This document shows, piece by piece, positions 28,280 through 35,206 of a DNA stretch of 43,829 bases (within the stretch, counting starts at the first letter, position 1; each line of letters starts with the position of its first letter). The position numbers and the translations under genes were made by a program. This DNA comes from a virus. Its lineage: Duplodnaviria; Caudoviricetes. The DNA is taken from positions 1 through 43,829 of IMG/VR virus record IMGVR_UViG_3300037869_000010; one strand, 5' to 3'. The notes under the pieces are model-generated. The model saw nothing but the letters and a program-made list of their open reading frames with translations, was not told the DNA's origin and searched no databases.

Positions 28280-28518
28280 AACCGGGAATGGTTAAGCGGG
28301 ACCGGAACGGTTTGACCAGGTGTCGCGTGTGCGGATGCACGGAGATGGACGCCTGCAACCCTCCATGCGGCTGGCAACCAGGTCAGGAGGACCTCTGCAC
28401 GAACTGCCATGAGACCGCAGCGTCAATTCATGAATGGCTGTGGTCGGCCCGGAGAGCAAATAGGGCGGCTCTTTGGCGCGAGGTTAAGCGCTATCAGACG
28501 CCTCGGGCACGGTCATGA
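28276..28518 (+). CDS. Cys-rich hypothetical protein
   Basis: CRVCGCT..AC..C.W..DLCTNC. Confidence 0.65.
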   Translation: MKPGMVKRDRNGLTRCRVCGCTEMDACNPPCGWQPGQEDLCTNCHETAASIHEWLWSARRANRAALWREVKRYQTPRARS

Positions 28519-28904
28519 GCACAGCGTTGGTCATGGACGAGACGGTGCGAAAACAGATTCGCGAACTGTGTGAACTGGCCGCGACGCAGCCCGTGGAAAT
28601 ACGCGAACTCCTAACAAACATCCAAACCCGCGAGGGGAAGAAACGTCACATGGAGCAAATGAGCCGGCAGACAATCGCAATTCCGCTGGGCTTCCTGGTC
28701 ACTTTCTCGATTGAACTCGGCCAGCCCTGTGGGACGTGCCGGCAGCGTGCCAAACGAGCACGCGCTGTGGATAGTCGCCCAGGAGTTCGGCTTCTGGGGC
28801 AGCCTCAAACAATGTTCGGTGTGGCCGGAACTACTGATTGGCCACGGCTACGCCATGAATGTGGTGCAACCTCTGGAACAAGTGCTAGTGGCCGAACGAT
28901 CTGA
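28515..28904 (+). CDS. hypothetical protein, possibly frameshifted near 28745
   Basis: Protein-like sequence appears to continue in the other frame (PNEHALWIVAQEFGF..MNVVQPL); stop lies inside an attC. Confidence 0.45.
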   Translation: MSTALVMDETVRKQIRELCELAATQPVEIRELLTNIQTREGKKRHMEQMSRQTIAIPLGFLVTFSIELGQPCGTCRQRAKRARAVDSRPGVRLLGQPQTMFGVAGTTDWPRLRHECGATSGTSASGRTI

Positions 28905-28985
28905 GATGAGAGAACCCGGCCACAACAACAGCCCCGACGACACTGAAAGTGTAAAGGCCGGGTTCTCTCCATCGAATGGTTCGGG
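28891..28985 (-). mobile_element. attC: integron attC site (distal)
   Basis: Minus strand CCCGAAC cattc GATGGAGA GAACCCGGC ... GCCGGGTTC TCTCATC tcagatc GTTCGGC. Confidence 0.85.
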
Positions 28986-29229
28986 GACTCGCACTCCCTA
29001 CGTGGGCTTCAGCAACCAAACGCTGGACCGGCTGCCGGCCGTGAAACCGGGAGACGAAATCACTTGTGGAGTCTGTGGGAAACGACATGCGCTGGAAGCG
29101 GCGGCGGATGGCAGCACGCTCCTCCTGTTCTACAAATGCGGGGAAACGCTCTACCTGGGGGCAGTAAGGGGCCGCTCAGTCGTGGGGCAAAAGGCGTTCA
29201 TCGGCAAAAGTACGACGGAGGACGGATGA
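28906..29229 (+). CDS. cassette gene, small CxxC protein
   Basis: ATG lies in the attC L' box; ITCGVCG motif. Confidence 0.6.
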   Translation: MREPGHNNSPDDTESVKAGFSPSNGSGTRTPYVGFSNQTLDRLPAVKPGDEITCGVCGKRHALEAAADGSTLLLFYKCGETLYLGAVRGRSVVGQKAFIGKSTTEDG

Positions 29230-29474
29230 GCAGCTACACGGACATCCTCAACAAGCGCGCCCGCACTTGGCCTTACGGCACGGAGAAGCAGGTCAAGGTG
29301 ATTCACGCCGATGAGAAGAAGCGATTCATAATTTGCGCTGACGGTGACAAGGAAGCTTACGTGCTCCTTTACACCGACACCGCCGATGCGAAGGAAAATG
29401 ACCGAGGCGTCATCACATTCACCCAAGGTGGCCCGCTGGGCGGCTACTGGAAGTTCACGCGCTCAGTGCTCTAA
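29226..29474 (+). CDS. cassette gene, hypothetical
   Basis: ATGA overlap at 29226; TAA lies within the R box CTCTAAC. Confidence 0.6.
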   Translation: MSSYTDILNKRARTWPYGTEKQVKVIHADEKKRFIICADGDKEAYVLLYTDTADAKENDRGVITFTQGGPLGGYWKFTRSVL

Positions 29475-29560
29475 CGCCAAAGCTCAATGACCCGGCCCAC
29501 CACGACTAGCAATTGCAACGAAACCGGACCGCCGGGTTCAGTTGCAGCGCATGGTTCGGG
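29469..29560 (-). mobile_element. attC: integron attC site
   Basis: Minus strand CCCGAAC catgc GCTGCAAC TGAACCCGGC ... GCCGGGTC ATTGAGC tttggc GTTAGAG. Confidence 0.9.
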
Positions 29561-29762
29561 CTTCGGGGTCGGTGACGCTGTGCTCGCGAAGGGCTGGTAT
29601 CGCAAAGACCGTCCGACGGATACCGAGTGTTTCGATTCGTGGCAATGGGGCTACGAATCGGCGATTGTCACCGCAGTCACGGAAACGGGCTATCAAGTTG
29701 TCACGGGCCACGGACACAACGCCTGGGTGTCGCGGGACGCTGCGAGAAGGCCGAACGCCTGA
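29487..29762 (+). CDS. cassette gene, hypothetical
   Basis: Starts inside its own attC and ends at a TGA in the next attC. Confidence 0.6.
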   Translation: MTRPTTTSNCNETGPPGSVAAHGSGFGVGDAVLAKGWYRKDRPTDTECFDSWQWGYESAIVTAVTETGYQVVTGHGHNAWVSRDAARRPNA

Positions 29763-29839
29763 GATGACAGACGGCACACCAGAAGCGGTCGAACCAGGAC
29801 AGGATGAACCTAGCCGTTCTGTCCAACGAATGGTTATGC
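29750..29839 (-). mobile_element. attC: integron attC site
   Basis: Minus strand GCATAAC cattc GTTGGACA GAACGGC ... GCCGTC TGTCATC tcaggc GTTCGGC. Confidence 0.88.
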
Positions 29840-30126
29840 CGCCCATCAGTGAAGAGTGGAAACAGCGGTTTGCCGCTAAAAGCAGCGACCATCAAGCCAC
29901 GCCATGCCCGAGCTGTGGAAGCCGCACAAGCTTTGTGATCGACACAAGAATACGACTGCGCGCCGGATACGTTCGGCGGCGGCGATTGTGCGAGTGCGGC
30001 CATCGCTACACGACCCGAGAATCTGTCGTGGAAGATAAATGCGCTAATCCTCCGAGTGCGCAGGAGTGCACAAGGGCGCTTCACGTAGTGCGCGAACTTA
30101 TCAACAAGCATCTCGGGGAGGCATAA
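29764..30126 (+). CDS. cassette gene, NrdR-like zinc ribbon without ATP cone
   Basis: CPSCG..VIDTR..VRRRRLCECGHRYTTRE. Confidence 0.7.
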   Translation: MTDGTPEAVEPGQDEPSRSVQRMVMPPISEEWKQRFAAKSSDHQATPCPSCGSRTSFVIDTRIRLRAGYVRRRRLCECGHRYTTRESVVEDKCANPPSAQECTRALHVVRELINKHLGEA

Positions 30127-30214
30127 CGACTGAGATGAAAGACCCGGCTCAAATCACACCTTCGACGACACCGAAAGTGTCCCAGCCGGGTTCTCTTCCA
30201 TCGAATGGTTATGC
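30121..30214 (-). mobile_element. attC: integron attC site
   Basis: Minus strand GCATAAC cattc GATGGAAG AGAACCCGGC ... GCCGGGTC TTTCATC tcagtc GTTATGC. Confidence 0.88.
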
Positions 30215-31112
30215 GTCCGGTCGAACTCATTTGGATTTATTTTCCGGCATCGGGGGCTTTGCTCTGGCCGCTCAGTGGACAGGCTGGCAAACGATAGCCT
30301 TCAGCGAAATAGAACCGTATGCGTGCAAAATCCTCAAGCGCCACTGGCCAGAAGTCCCCAACCTCGGCGACATCCGAAACGTGCGAGGCGTTCGCGCCGA
30401 CCTCATCACAGGGGGATTTCCTTGCCAGCCTTACAGCACTGCCGGCAAACGACGAGGCGCAAAAGATGACCGCGCGCTCTGGCCGGAAATGTGCCGAGTT
30501 ATTGAAGAGACAAGACCCGCTTGGGTGCTTGGTGAGAACGTGCCTGGAATCATCAATATGGAACTCGACCAAGTGCTTGCTGACTTGGAGCGCCTCGGCT
30601 ACGCCTGCTGGCCGCTTATTATTCCGGCTTGTGCCGTGGACGCCGGCCACCGAAGGGAACGAGTCTGGATTGTGGCCCACTCCGAACGTGTGCGGCGGCG
30701 GGAATCCACCCGAGATACTGACACCGCACAAGAATCACTTCATCCGCCCGAGCGGCAAGAAAGCGCATCTGGGACTCGACCAAGCCGTGAAACTTTGGCC
30801 GACACCGAGCGCGTGCGCAGCGCGACAGGGGCAGAACAATCCAGACGGGAAACGGGGACAAACTCTAATCGGCGCAGCGCGGGGTCAACTGTGGGCGACA
30901 CCGACGAGCCACGAACGGACTCACACGCAGCGACAGGTTCACCACGGCGAACAACTGGCGAACCAAGTCGGTGGGAGCCTGAACCCGAACTGGGTCGAGT
31001 GGCTAATGGGATACCCAATCGGTCACACCGCTTGCGAGGACTCGGAAACGCCATCGTCCCCCAAGTTGCAGCGGTGATCTTAGACGCGATGGCGAGGACG
31101 CATAACGCTTGA
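30135..31112 (+). CDS. dcm: cassette gene, C5 DNA cytosine methyltransferase (main chain)
   Basis: Motifs I DLFSGIGG, IV GFPCQ, VI ENV, VIII HRRERVW and X LGNAIVP; ATG lies in attC. Confidence 0.9.
   Translation: MKDPAQITPSTTPKVSQPGSLPSNGYASGRTHLDLFSGIGGFALAAQWTGWQTIAFSEIEPYACKILKRHWPEVPNLGDIRNVRGVRADLITGGFPCQPYSTAGKRRGAKDDRALWPEMCRVIEETRPAWVLGENVPGIINMELDQVLADLERLGYACWPLIIPACAVDAGHRRERVWIVAHSERVRRRESTRDTDTAQESLHPPERQESASGTRPSRETLADTERVRSATGAEQSRRETGTNSNRRSAGSTVGDTDEPRTDSHAATGSPRRTTGEPSRWEPEPELGRVANGIPNRSHRLRGLGNAIVPQVAAVILDAMARTHNA
30319..31077 (+). CDS. nested alternative-frame ORF, probable second methyltransferase chain
   Basis: 252 codons open inside dcm; LW(P/A)TP repeats and a motif-IX-like LNPNWVEWLMGYP; true start uncertain. 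Confidence 0.6.
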   Translation: MRAKSSSATGQKSPTSATSETCEAFAPTSSQGDFLASLTALPANDEAQKMTARSGRKCAELLKRQDPLGCLVRTCLESSIWNSTKCLLTWSASATPAGRLLFRLVPWTPATEGNESGLWPTPNVCGGGNPPEILTPHKNHFIRPSGKKAHLGLDQAVKLWPTPSACAARQGQNNPDGKRGQTLIGAARGQLWATPTSHERTHTQRQVHHGEQLANQVGGSLNPNWVEWLMGYPIGHTACEDSETPSSPKLQR

Positions 31113-31231
31113 GGTGACGGACCGGCTCGAAAGGCAAATATGACTGACGAAGAATTTGAAGCACACACCGCCAAGATTCGCGCTCACCAGGAGATACGGG
31201 AAGCCGGTTCGCGTCCAGCGAATGGTTCGGC
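31100..31231 (-). mobile_element. attC: integron attC site (proximal cassette)
   Basis: Minus strand GCCGAAC cattc GCTGGACG CGAACCGGC ... GCCGGTC CGTCACC tcaagc GTTATGC. Confidence 0.85.
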
Positions 31232-31382
31232 ATCGTTCACTCAAAACGCGATGCTGGTCCTTCTGCCAATCGCAGTTCTAATGGCGTTTGCTCTCCCGCA
31301 TAAGGCGGCGGCGGTTTTCCAGGCTGCCATTTGCGCGTTCTCGCTGGGGGTGAAAGTCGCCCTGCGGTGGGGCCGAGACTAA
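31140..31382 (+). CDS. cassette gene, small two-TM membrane protein
   Basis: Starts in the attC loop; hydrophobic C-terminal half. Confidence 0.55.
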   Translation: MTDEEFEAHTAKIRAHQEIREAGSRPANGSASFTQNAMLVLLPIAVLMAFALPHKAAAVFQAAICAFSLGVKVALRWGRD

Positions 31383-31384
31383 AT

Positions 31385-31421
31385 GCTGAACGCTGATTCT
31401 GCGACGAGCGGTTCGTATAAC
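31385..31421 (-). mobile_element. attI: candidate attI site
   Basis: Minus-strand GTTCAGC (31391-31385) nearly complements the R'' of the first cassette; no attC stem; second box GTTATAC at 31421-31415; adjoins the intI start. Confidence 0.6.
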
Positions 31422-31432
31422 TCAAAACCCAA

Positions 31433-32383
31433 ATGACGCGCACGGAAGCTATCGACAAGGCTCGGGATGTGATGCGGCGCCAACACAAGGCGATTTCGAC
31501 CGAGGAAATCTATCTGCACTGGCTGCGCCGCTACATGGCTGCCATCGGCCAGATGCCCAATGAGCTGGCCAGCGAGAAGAAGCTCGAACGCTTTTTGACC
31601 GAGCTCGCCCGCGCGCACGACGTGTCTGCCTCAACGCAAAATCAGGCGTTCAATGCCATTCTCTTTTTCTACAAGGATGTGCTCGGGCTTCCCCTCAAGA
31701 ACGTGGACGCCTTGCGGGCGTCGCGGCCGGAGCACTTGCGCCATGCGCCCACGCCAACCGAGACGCGCCAGTTGCTCGAGGCCGTTCGGGATGTGGCAGG
31801 TTATCCCACCAATCTCATCACCCGGCTGCTTTACGGTTGCGGGCTGCGGGTGAGTGAGCCGCTCAACTTGCGCATCAAAGACGTGCAAGTCCGCGAGACG
31901 AAACTTTTCATCCGGGGCGCCAAAGGGCGCAAAGATCGGGTGGTGGCGTTGCCTTGTTCGTTGGCGGAGGAAATCCGGGCGCAGATCGCTTTTGCGCGCA
32001 CGGTCTGGCAGCGGGACGCACAAGCCAGAATGCCGTTAGAATTGCCCCATCAATTGGCCGCCAAATATCCGGAGTATCGATTCGCCTGGCCGTGGGCCTG
32101 GGTGTTCCCGTCACGTTGGCCGTGCAAACATCCGCGCACCGGCCAGCTCGTGCGCTATCGGATGCACGAGGTCAATGTTCAGAGGGCCGTCAAGGAAGCC
32201 CGCCGGCGGATTGGCATCATGGTCCTGCCGCACGAACTGCGGCACGCTTACGCCACGCACACGCTGGATCGCGGGGTGAATGTCAAGGCCCTCCAACAGG
32301 CCATGGGGCATGCGGACGTCAACACGACGATGGGGTATTGCCACGCGGAAGCGTGCAGTGTGAAGAGCCCGCTGGATTCGTAG
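31433..32383 (+). CDS. intI: integron integrase
   Basis: FLTELA..VSASTQNQAFNAILFFY, LLYGCGLR, GAKGRKDR, HELRHAYATH and MGH..V.TTMGY, plus the IntI-specific insertion LPHQLAAKYP..W.WVFPS..HPRTG. Confidence 0.92.
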   Translation: MTRTEAIDKARDVMRRQHKAISTEEIYLHWLRRYMAAIGQMPNELASEKKLERFLTELARAHDVSASTQNQAFNAILFFYKDVLGLPLKNVDALRASRPEHLRHAPTPTETRQLLEAVRDVAGYPTNLITRLLYGCGLRVSEPLNLRIKDVQVRETKLFIRGAKGRKDRVVALPCSLAEEIRAQIAFARTVWQRDAQARMPLELPHQLAAKYPEYRFAWPWAWVFPSRWPCKHPRTGQLVRYRMHEVNVQRAVKEARRRIGIMVLPHELRHAYATHTLDRGVNVKALQQAMGHADVNTTMGYCHAEACSVKSPLDS

Positions 32384-32388
32384 GAGAA

Positions 32389-32441
32389 GGTAGGGCGGCG
32401 CGCGAAGAAACGATCAGGGCTCGACGGAGTCTCGCCCTACC
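32389..32441. repeat. REP-like remnant between convergent genes
   Basis: GGTAGGGCG ... GGGCTCGACGGAGTCTCGCCCTACC; GTAG-type ends with an internal palindrome in the right arm. Confidence 0.65.
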
Positions 32442-32442
32442 A

Positions 32443-32808
32443 TCATTTCTGGACGGGCCGGTTGGAATAGGCTTCGAGCGCCGCGGCGATCGCTTCGCGG
32501 ATCGCTTCGGTCTGGTTGTTCGAGTACCCCTTCAGATTGAAACGGCGCAGGCCGTTGGTGCCGAGGCCCGCCGTGTATTCCACGTCCTTGATCGCTTTGC
32601 GCGTGAATAGACTCGACGTGGCGAATGAAACCTTTTCCCCGCCCGGCTCCGTGCGCGTGTAGGACACCGAGGAGCAGCCCAAGAGCAGGAACAAGAGCAG
32701 GATTGAACAGGAGGCAGCAGAGCCAGCAGAGAAGAGGAAGAGGAGAATTGAATTTCTTTCTCTGCGCTCTCTGCTTCCTCCTGTTGGATCTAGTTCTGGG
32801 TGTTTCAT
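32443..32808 (-). CDS. predicted lipoprotein (spanin candidate)
   Basis: LLLFLLLGC lipobox; last gene of the late operon; leader includes a family D element. Confidence 0.55.
   Translation of the reverse strand: MKHPELDPTGGSRERRERNSILLFLFSAGSAASCSILLLFLLLGCSSVSYTRTEPGGEKVSFATSSLFTRKAIKDVEYTAGLGTNGLRRFNLKGYSNNQTEAIREAIAAALEAYSNRPVQK
32702..32789. repeat. family D element in the lipoprotein leader
   Basis: AACAGGAGGCAGCAGAGCCAGCAGAG ... CTCTGCGCTCTCTGCTTCCTCCTGTT. Confidence 0.9.
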
Positions 32809-33329
32809 AAATTCGGTGTGACCGGTGGTGTGCTCGGTGGGCCCGGTTCGAGCATGACATTAGCCGGCGCCATCGGGTTAATGAGCGTTTGAGCGTGGAG
32901 ATCGATTAACGCGCGTTGCTTGGCCACGGCGATTGTCGAGTCCACCTCAGCCTGGCGCGAGGCCTGTTCGGCATACGCGATCGCCGAGGCGACTGCGATC
33001 CGCTTGTTCTCCGTCGTGGGCACGATCCGCGCCAGGGTATCAGTGGCGATCATGAACTGGCGTTTGAGCTCGAGCACACTCGAATTGACCAGCGCATGAA
33101 TGATGTTTTGCTGGGTCTTGAGCGCCACCTGGTCAGATTGAATCTCGTGCAAGGTCTGGTTGCGGTTCTCGCGGTCCTGTTCGACGCGCTCATCATGCGC
33201 CTCGAGCTTTTGTTTGACCGCGGCGGCCGTTTTGCGTTGCCCGAGCCGGTTGCTTACGCCGAGCACCACGCCGACGATGATGACGACGAGCGCGTTGGTG
33301 ACTTGGTCAGTGAGGAGGGTTGCGAACAT
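32805..33329 (-). CDS. membrane-anchored coiled-coil protein (lysis-module candidate)
   Basis: N-terminal TM segment; start moved to ATG 33329, 17 nt below TTGACT. Confidence 0.55.
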   Translation of the reverse strand: MFATLLTDQVTNALVVIIVGVVLGVSNRLGQRKTAAAVKQKLEAHDERVEQDRENRNQTLHEIQSDQVALKTQQNIIHALVNSSVLELKRQFMIATDTLARIVPTTENKRIAVASAIAYAEQASRQAEVDSTIAVAKQRALIDLHAQTLINPMAPANVMLEPGPPSTPPVTPNL

Positions 33330-33353
33330 CCTAACCTTGGCGGCGGAGTCAAC

Positions 33354-33473
33354 GTAGGACAGGCGTCTCGCCTGTCTTGCCGCCCGCGCGAAGCCGCGCA
33401 GGTTTGGGTTTGCCGGGTTGTCCACGGCGCTCTGACGCGCCGTGGACCAGACAGGCGAGACGCCTTGTCCTAC
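33354..33473. repeat. REP family A element
   Basis: Both arms; the right arm has a 1-nt insertion and supplies the TAG of the upstream gene. Confidence 0.92.
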
Positions 33474-34690
33474 AGCGGAATCACGAACCCGTTCACGTTC
33501 GTCGCTGCGTTCGGACCGTAAACTTGCTGGATGAGATAGTCGTCGGGCTTGGTCGTGTTCCAGAAATCGGGGATGCTCACCGCGGGGCAGACCGTATCGA
33601 ACTGCACGCGACTGCCGAGGATCGGTGCGCCCCCGCTCGGCGCCGAGGGGCCATCGTAAATATCAGGGCCAAAACCCGCCGTGCCAGAACCGCCGGCCAA
33701 AAGCGGCCGGCGCGACATGCGGACGGAAACGGACGGCCGGATGCGATGCCGCACCTGGCTGCAGCTCAATCGTTCCTCGACGAGGTAAACCAGGTCCGGC
33801 GCGTGATAGCTGGGAAGCAACGACGCCATCCTCGCGTTATCGTCCCCGGCCGTGTCATAGGCCCAAAGCACCAGGCGATTGGCGGTAGTGGCGCCCGGGT
33901 AGTACATGGCGCCCTCGACGCCGAGCACATCCAGGAACGTGCGATTGCCCTCCGCGTTGAGCGGTCCTTTGTCCACCTGCAAAATGTTGTAACCGGTCAG
34001 CGGGGGCGGGTCCGCGTTGAAACCTTGCTTGGCCAGGCCGGCCACCTGGGCGCCCACCTCGCCGTAATGCGTCCCGGTATCGCCGATGTACCAGTCCAGG
34101 TCCCATGTATCCTCGAGGGTGTAATGCCCGGCCGCGATGTCGATCGCTTGTTGGGCTTCCACCGCGGTGCGCAAGGTCGCCAGGTGATCGACCATCAGAT
34201 GTTGCCAGGCCCGGATGCTCTTCGAGCTGCCCAGCGGTTCGACCAACACATTGCTCAACGTGAACGTCTGCACCGCGGTGATCGGCACACCATAGCGGTT
34301 GGTCAGATGCTGCGTCATCAATGTGGCGGTCTTGGTCGTGGCCCCCAGGTCGATCGGCAACACCGCCAGGTTCGCCCGGAAAGTGGCTTCATCCGGGATG
34401 AACGTGAGCGTGACGACGTCCGCGGCCGCTCCCGGGATGATCGTGCGCGTGAAATCCAGCGAGCTCGAGTGCGGGAAATTGGAAATGCTGATCTGGACGC
34501 GCAAGGTATTGTAAAGCGTGTCATCGAGCGTGTCCGGCGCCAGGAAGCTGGCGAACCCGTGCATCCCCACCGTGCTGATGAACCGGATCTCCTGGTAGGC
34601 CAACGGCCGGCTCACGCGCACGACCCGGAAACGTAGCGGGGACGCCTTGAGGAACTGGAGGGGCCCGGCGTCGGGGAATTGGCCTAGCAT
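33470..34690 (-). CDS. hypothetical protein, possibly virion-associated
   Basis: 406-aa ORF in the late operon; no motif recognised. Confidence 0.6.
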   Translation of the reverse strand: MLGQFPDAGPLQFLKASPLRFRVVRVSRPLAYQEIRFISTVGMHGFASFLAPDTLDDTLYNTLRVQISISNFPHSSSLDFTRTIIPGAAADVVTLTFIPDEATFRANLAVLPIDLGATTKTATLMTQHLTNRYGVPITAVQTFTLSNVLVEPLGSSKSIRAWQHLMVDHLATLRTAVEAQQAIDIAAGHYTLEDTWDLDWYIGDTGTHYGEVGAQVAGLAKQGFNADPPPLTGYNILQVDKGPLNAEGNRTFLDVLGVEGAMYYPGATTANRLVLWAYDTAGDDNARMASLLPSYHAPDLVYLVEERLSCSQVRHRIRPSVSVRMSRRPLLAGGSGTAGFGPDIYDGPSAPSGGAPILGSRVQFDTVCPAVSIPDFWNTTKPDDYLIQQVYGPNAATNVNGFVIPL

Positions 34691-34695
34691 GTAAC

Positions 34696-34805
34696 GTAGG
34701 ACAGGCGTCTCGCCTGTCTGGTCAACGGCGCGTCAGAGCGCCGTTGACAACCCAAACCTGCGCGGCTTCGCGCGTGCGGCAAGACAGGCGAGACGCCTGT
34801 CCTAC
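34696..34805. repeat. REP family A element
   Basis: Exact arms; spacer is reversed relative to the 33354 and 40234 copies. Confidence 0.92.
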
Positions 34806-34823
34806 GTTCTGGCGCTCGGTGGC

Positions 34824-35201
34824 TCATTCGGTGATGACCGTCCCCAGCAGCTCGGCCACGAGCACCGAGTGTATGTCATTCTTCGCCAGCTCGAGGCCTT
34901 CGAGCGTCACGGTGTGGAGCGGCACGTCGTTGGTTTGGGCGAGCAGGGCGGCGTAGAGCCGGCGGAACTCGGCCAGGCGTTCGCCGGTCAATTCCGCTTC
35001 GCCTGGCGGCAGGAGTTCCTTGACCAGCTTGACCCGCAGCTCTTCCACCTCCTCGAGCACCTTGCCCAGGAGTTTGATGTTCCGGATGAGATTGTAACGG
35101 ACCTGGATGTCCGCGAAATGGAACGCGGGCTTGTCCAGCGGCTCGAGCCGGCACAGGACGGAGTGCAGGGTTTGGATTTTTGTGTTGGTGAGGAGGTTCA
35201 T
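34824..35201 (-). CDS. putative tail-fibre-associated/chaperone protein
   Basis: 125-aa helical protein directly after the fibre gene. Confidence 0.5.
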   Translation of the reverse strand: MNLLTNTKIQTLHSVLCRLEPLDKPAFHFADIQVRYNLIRNIKLLGKVLEEVEELRVKLVKELLPPGEAELTGERLAEFRRLYAALLAQTNDVPLHTVTLEGLELAKNDIHSVLVAELLGTVITE

Positions 35202-35206
35202 TTGAG

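Noticed and set aside
28891-31231. CRISPR array or toxin-antitoxin repeat array
   Set aside because: Units are non-identical long hairpins separated by whole genes; there are no cas genes; attC layout fits better
31433-32383. XerC/D-like resolvase or duplicate phage integrase
   Set aside because: It has the IntI-specific insertion and adjacent attC sites, and a separate phage integrase exists at 20601-21908
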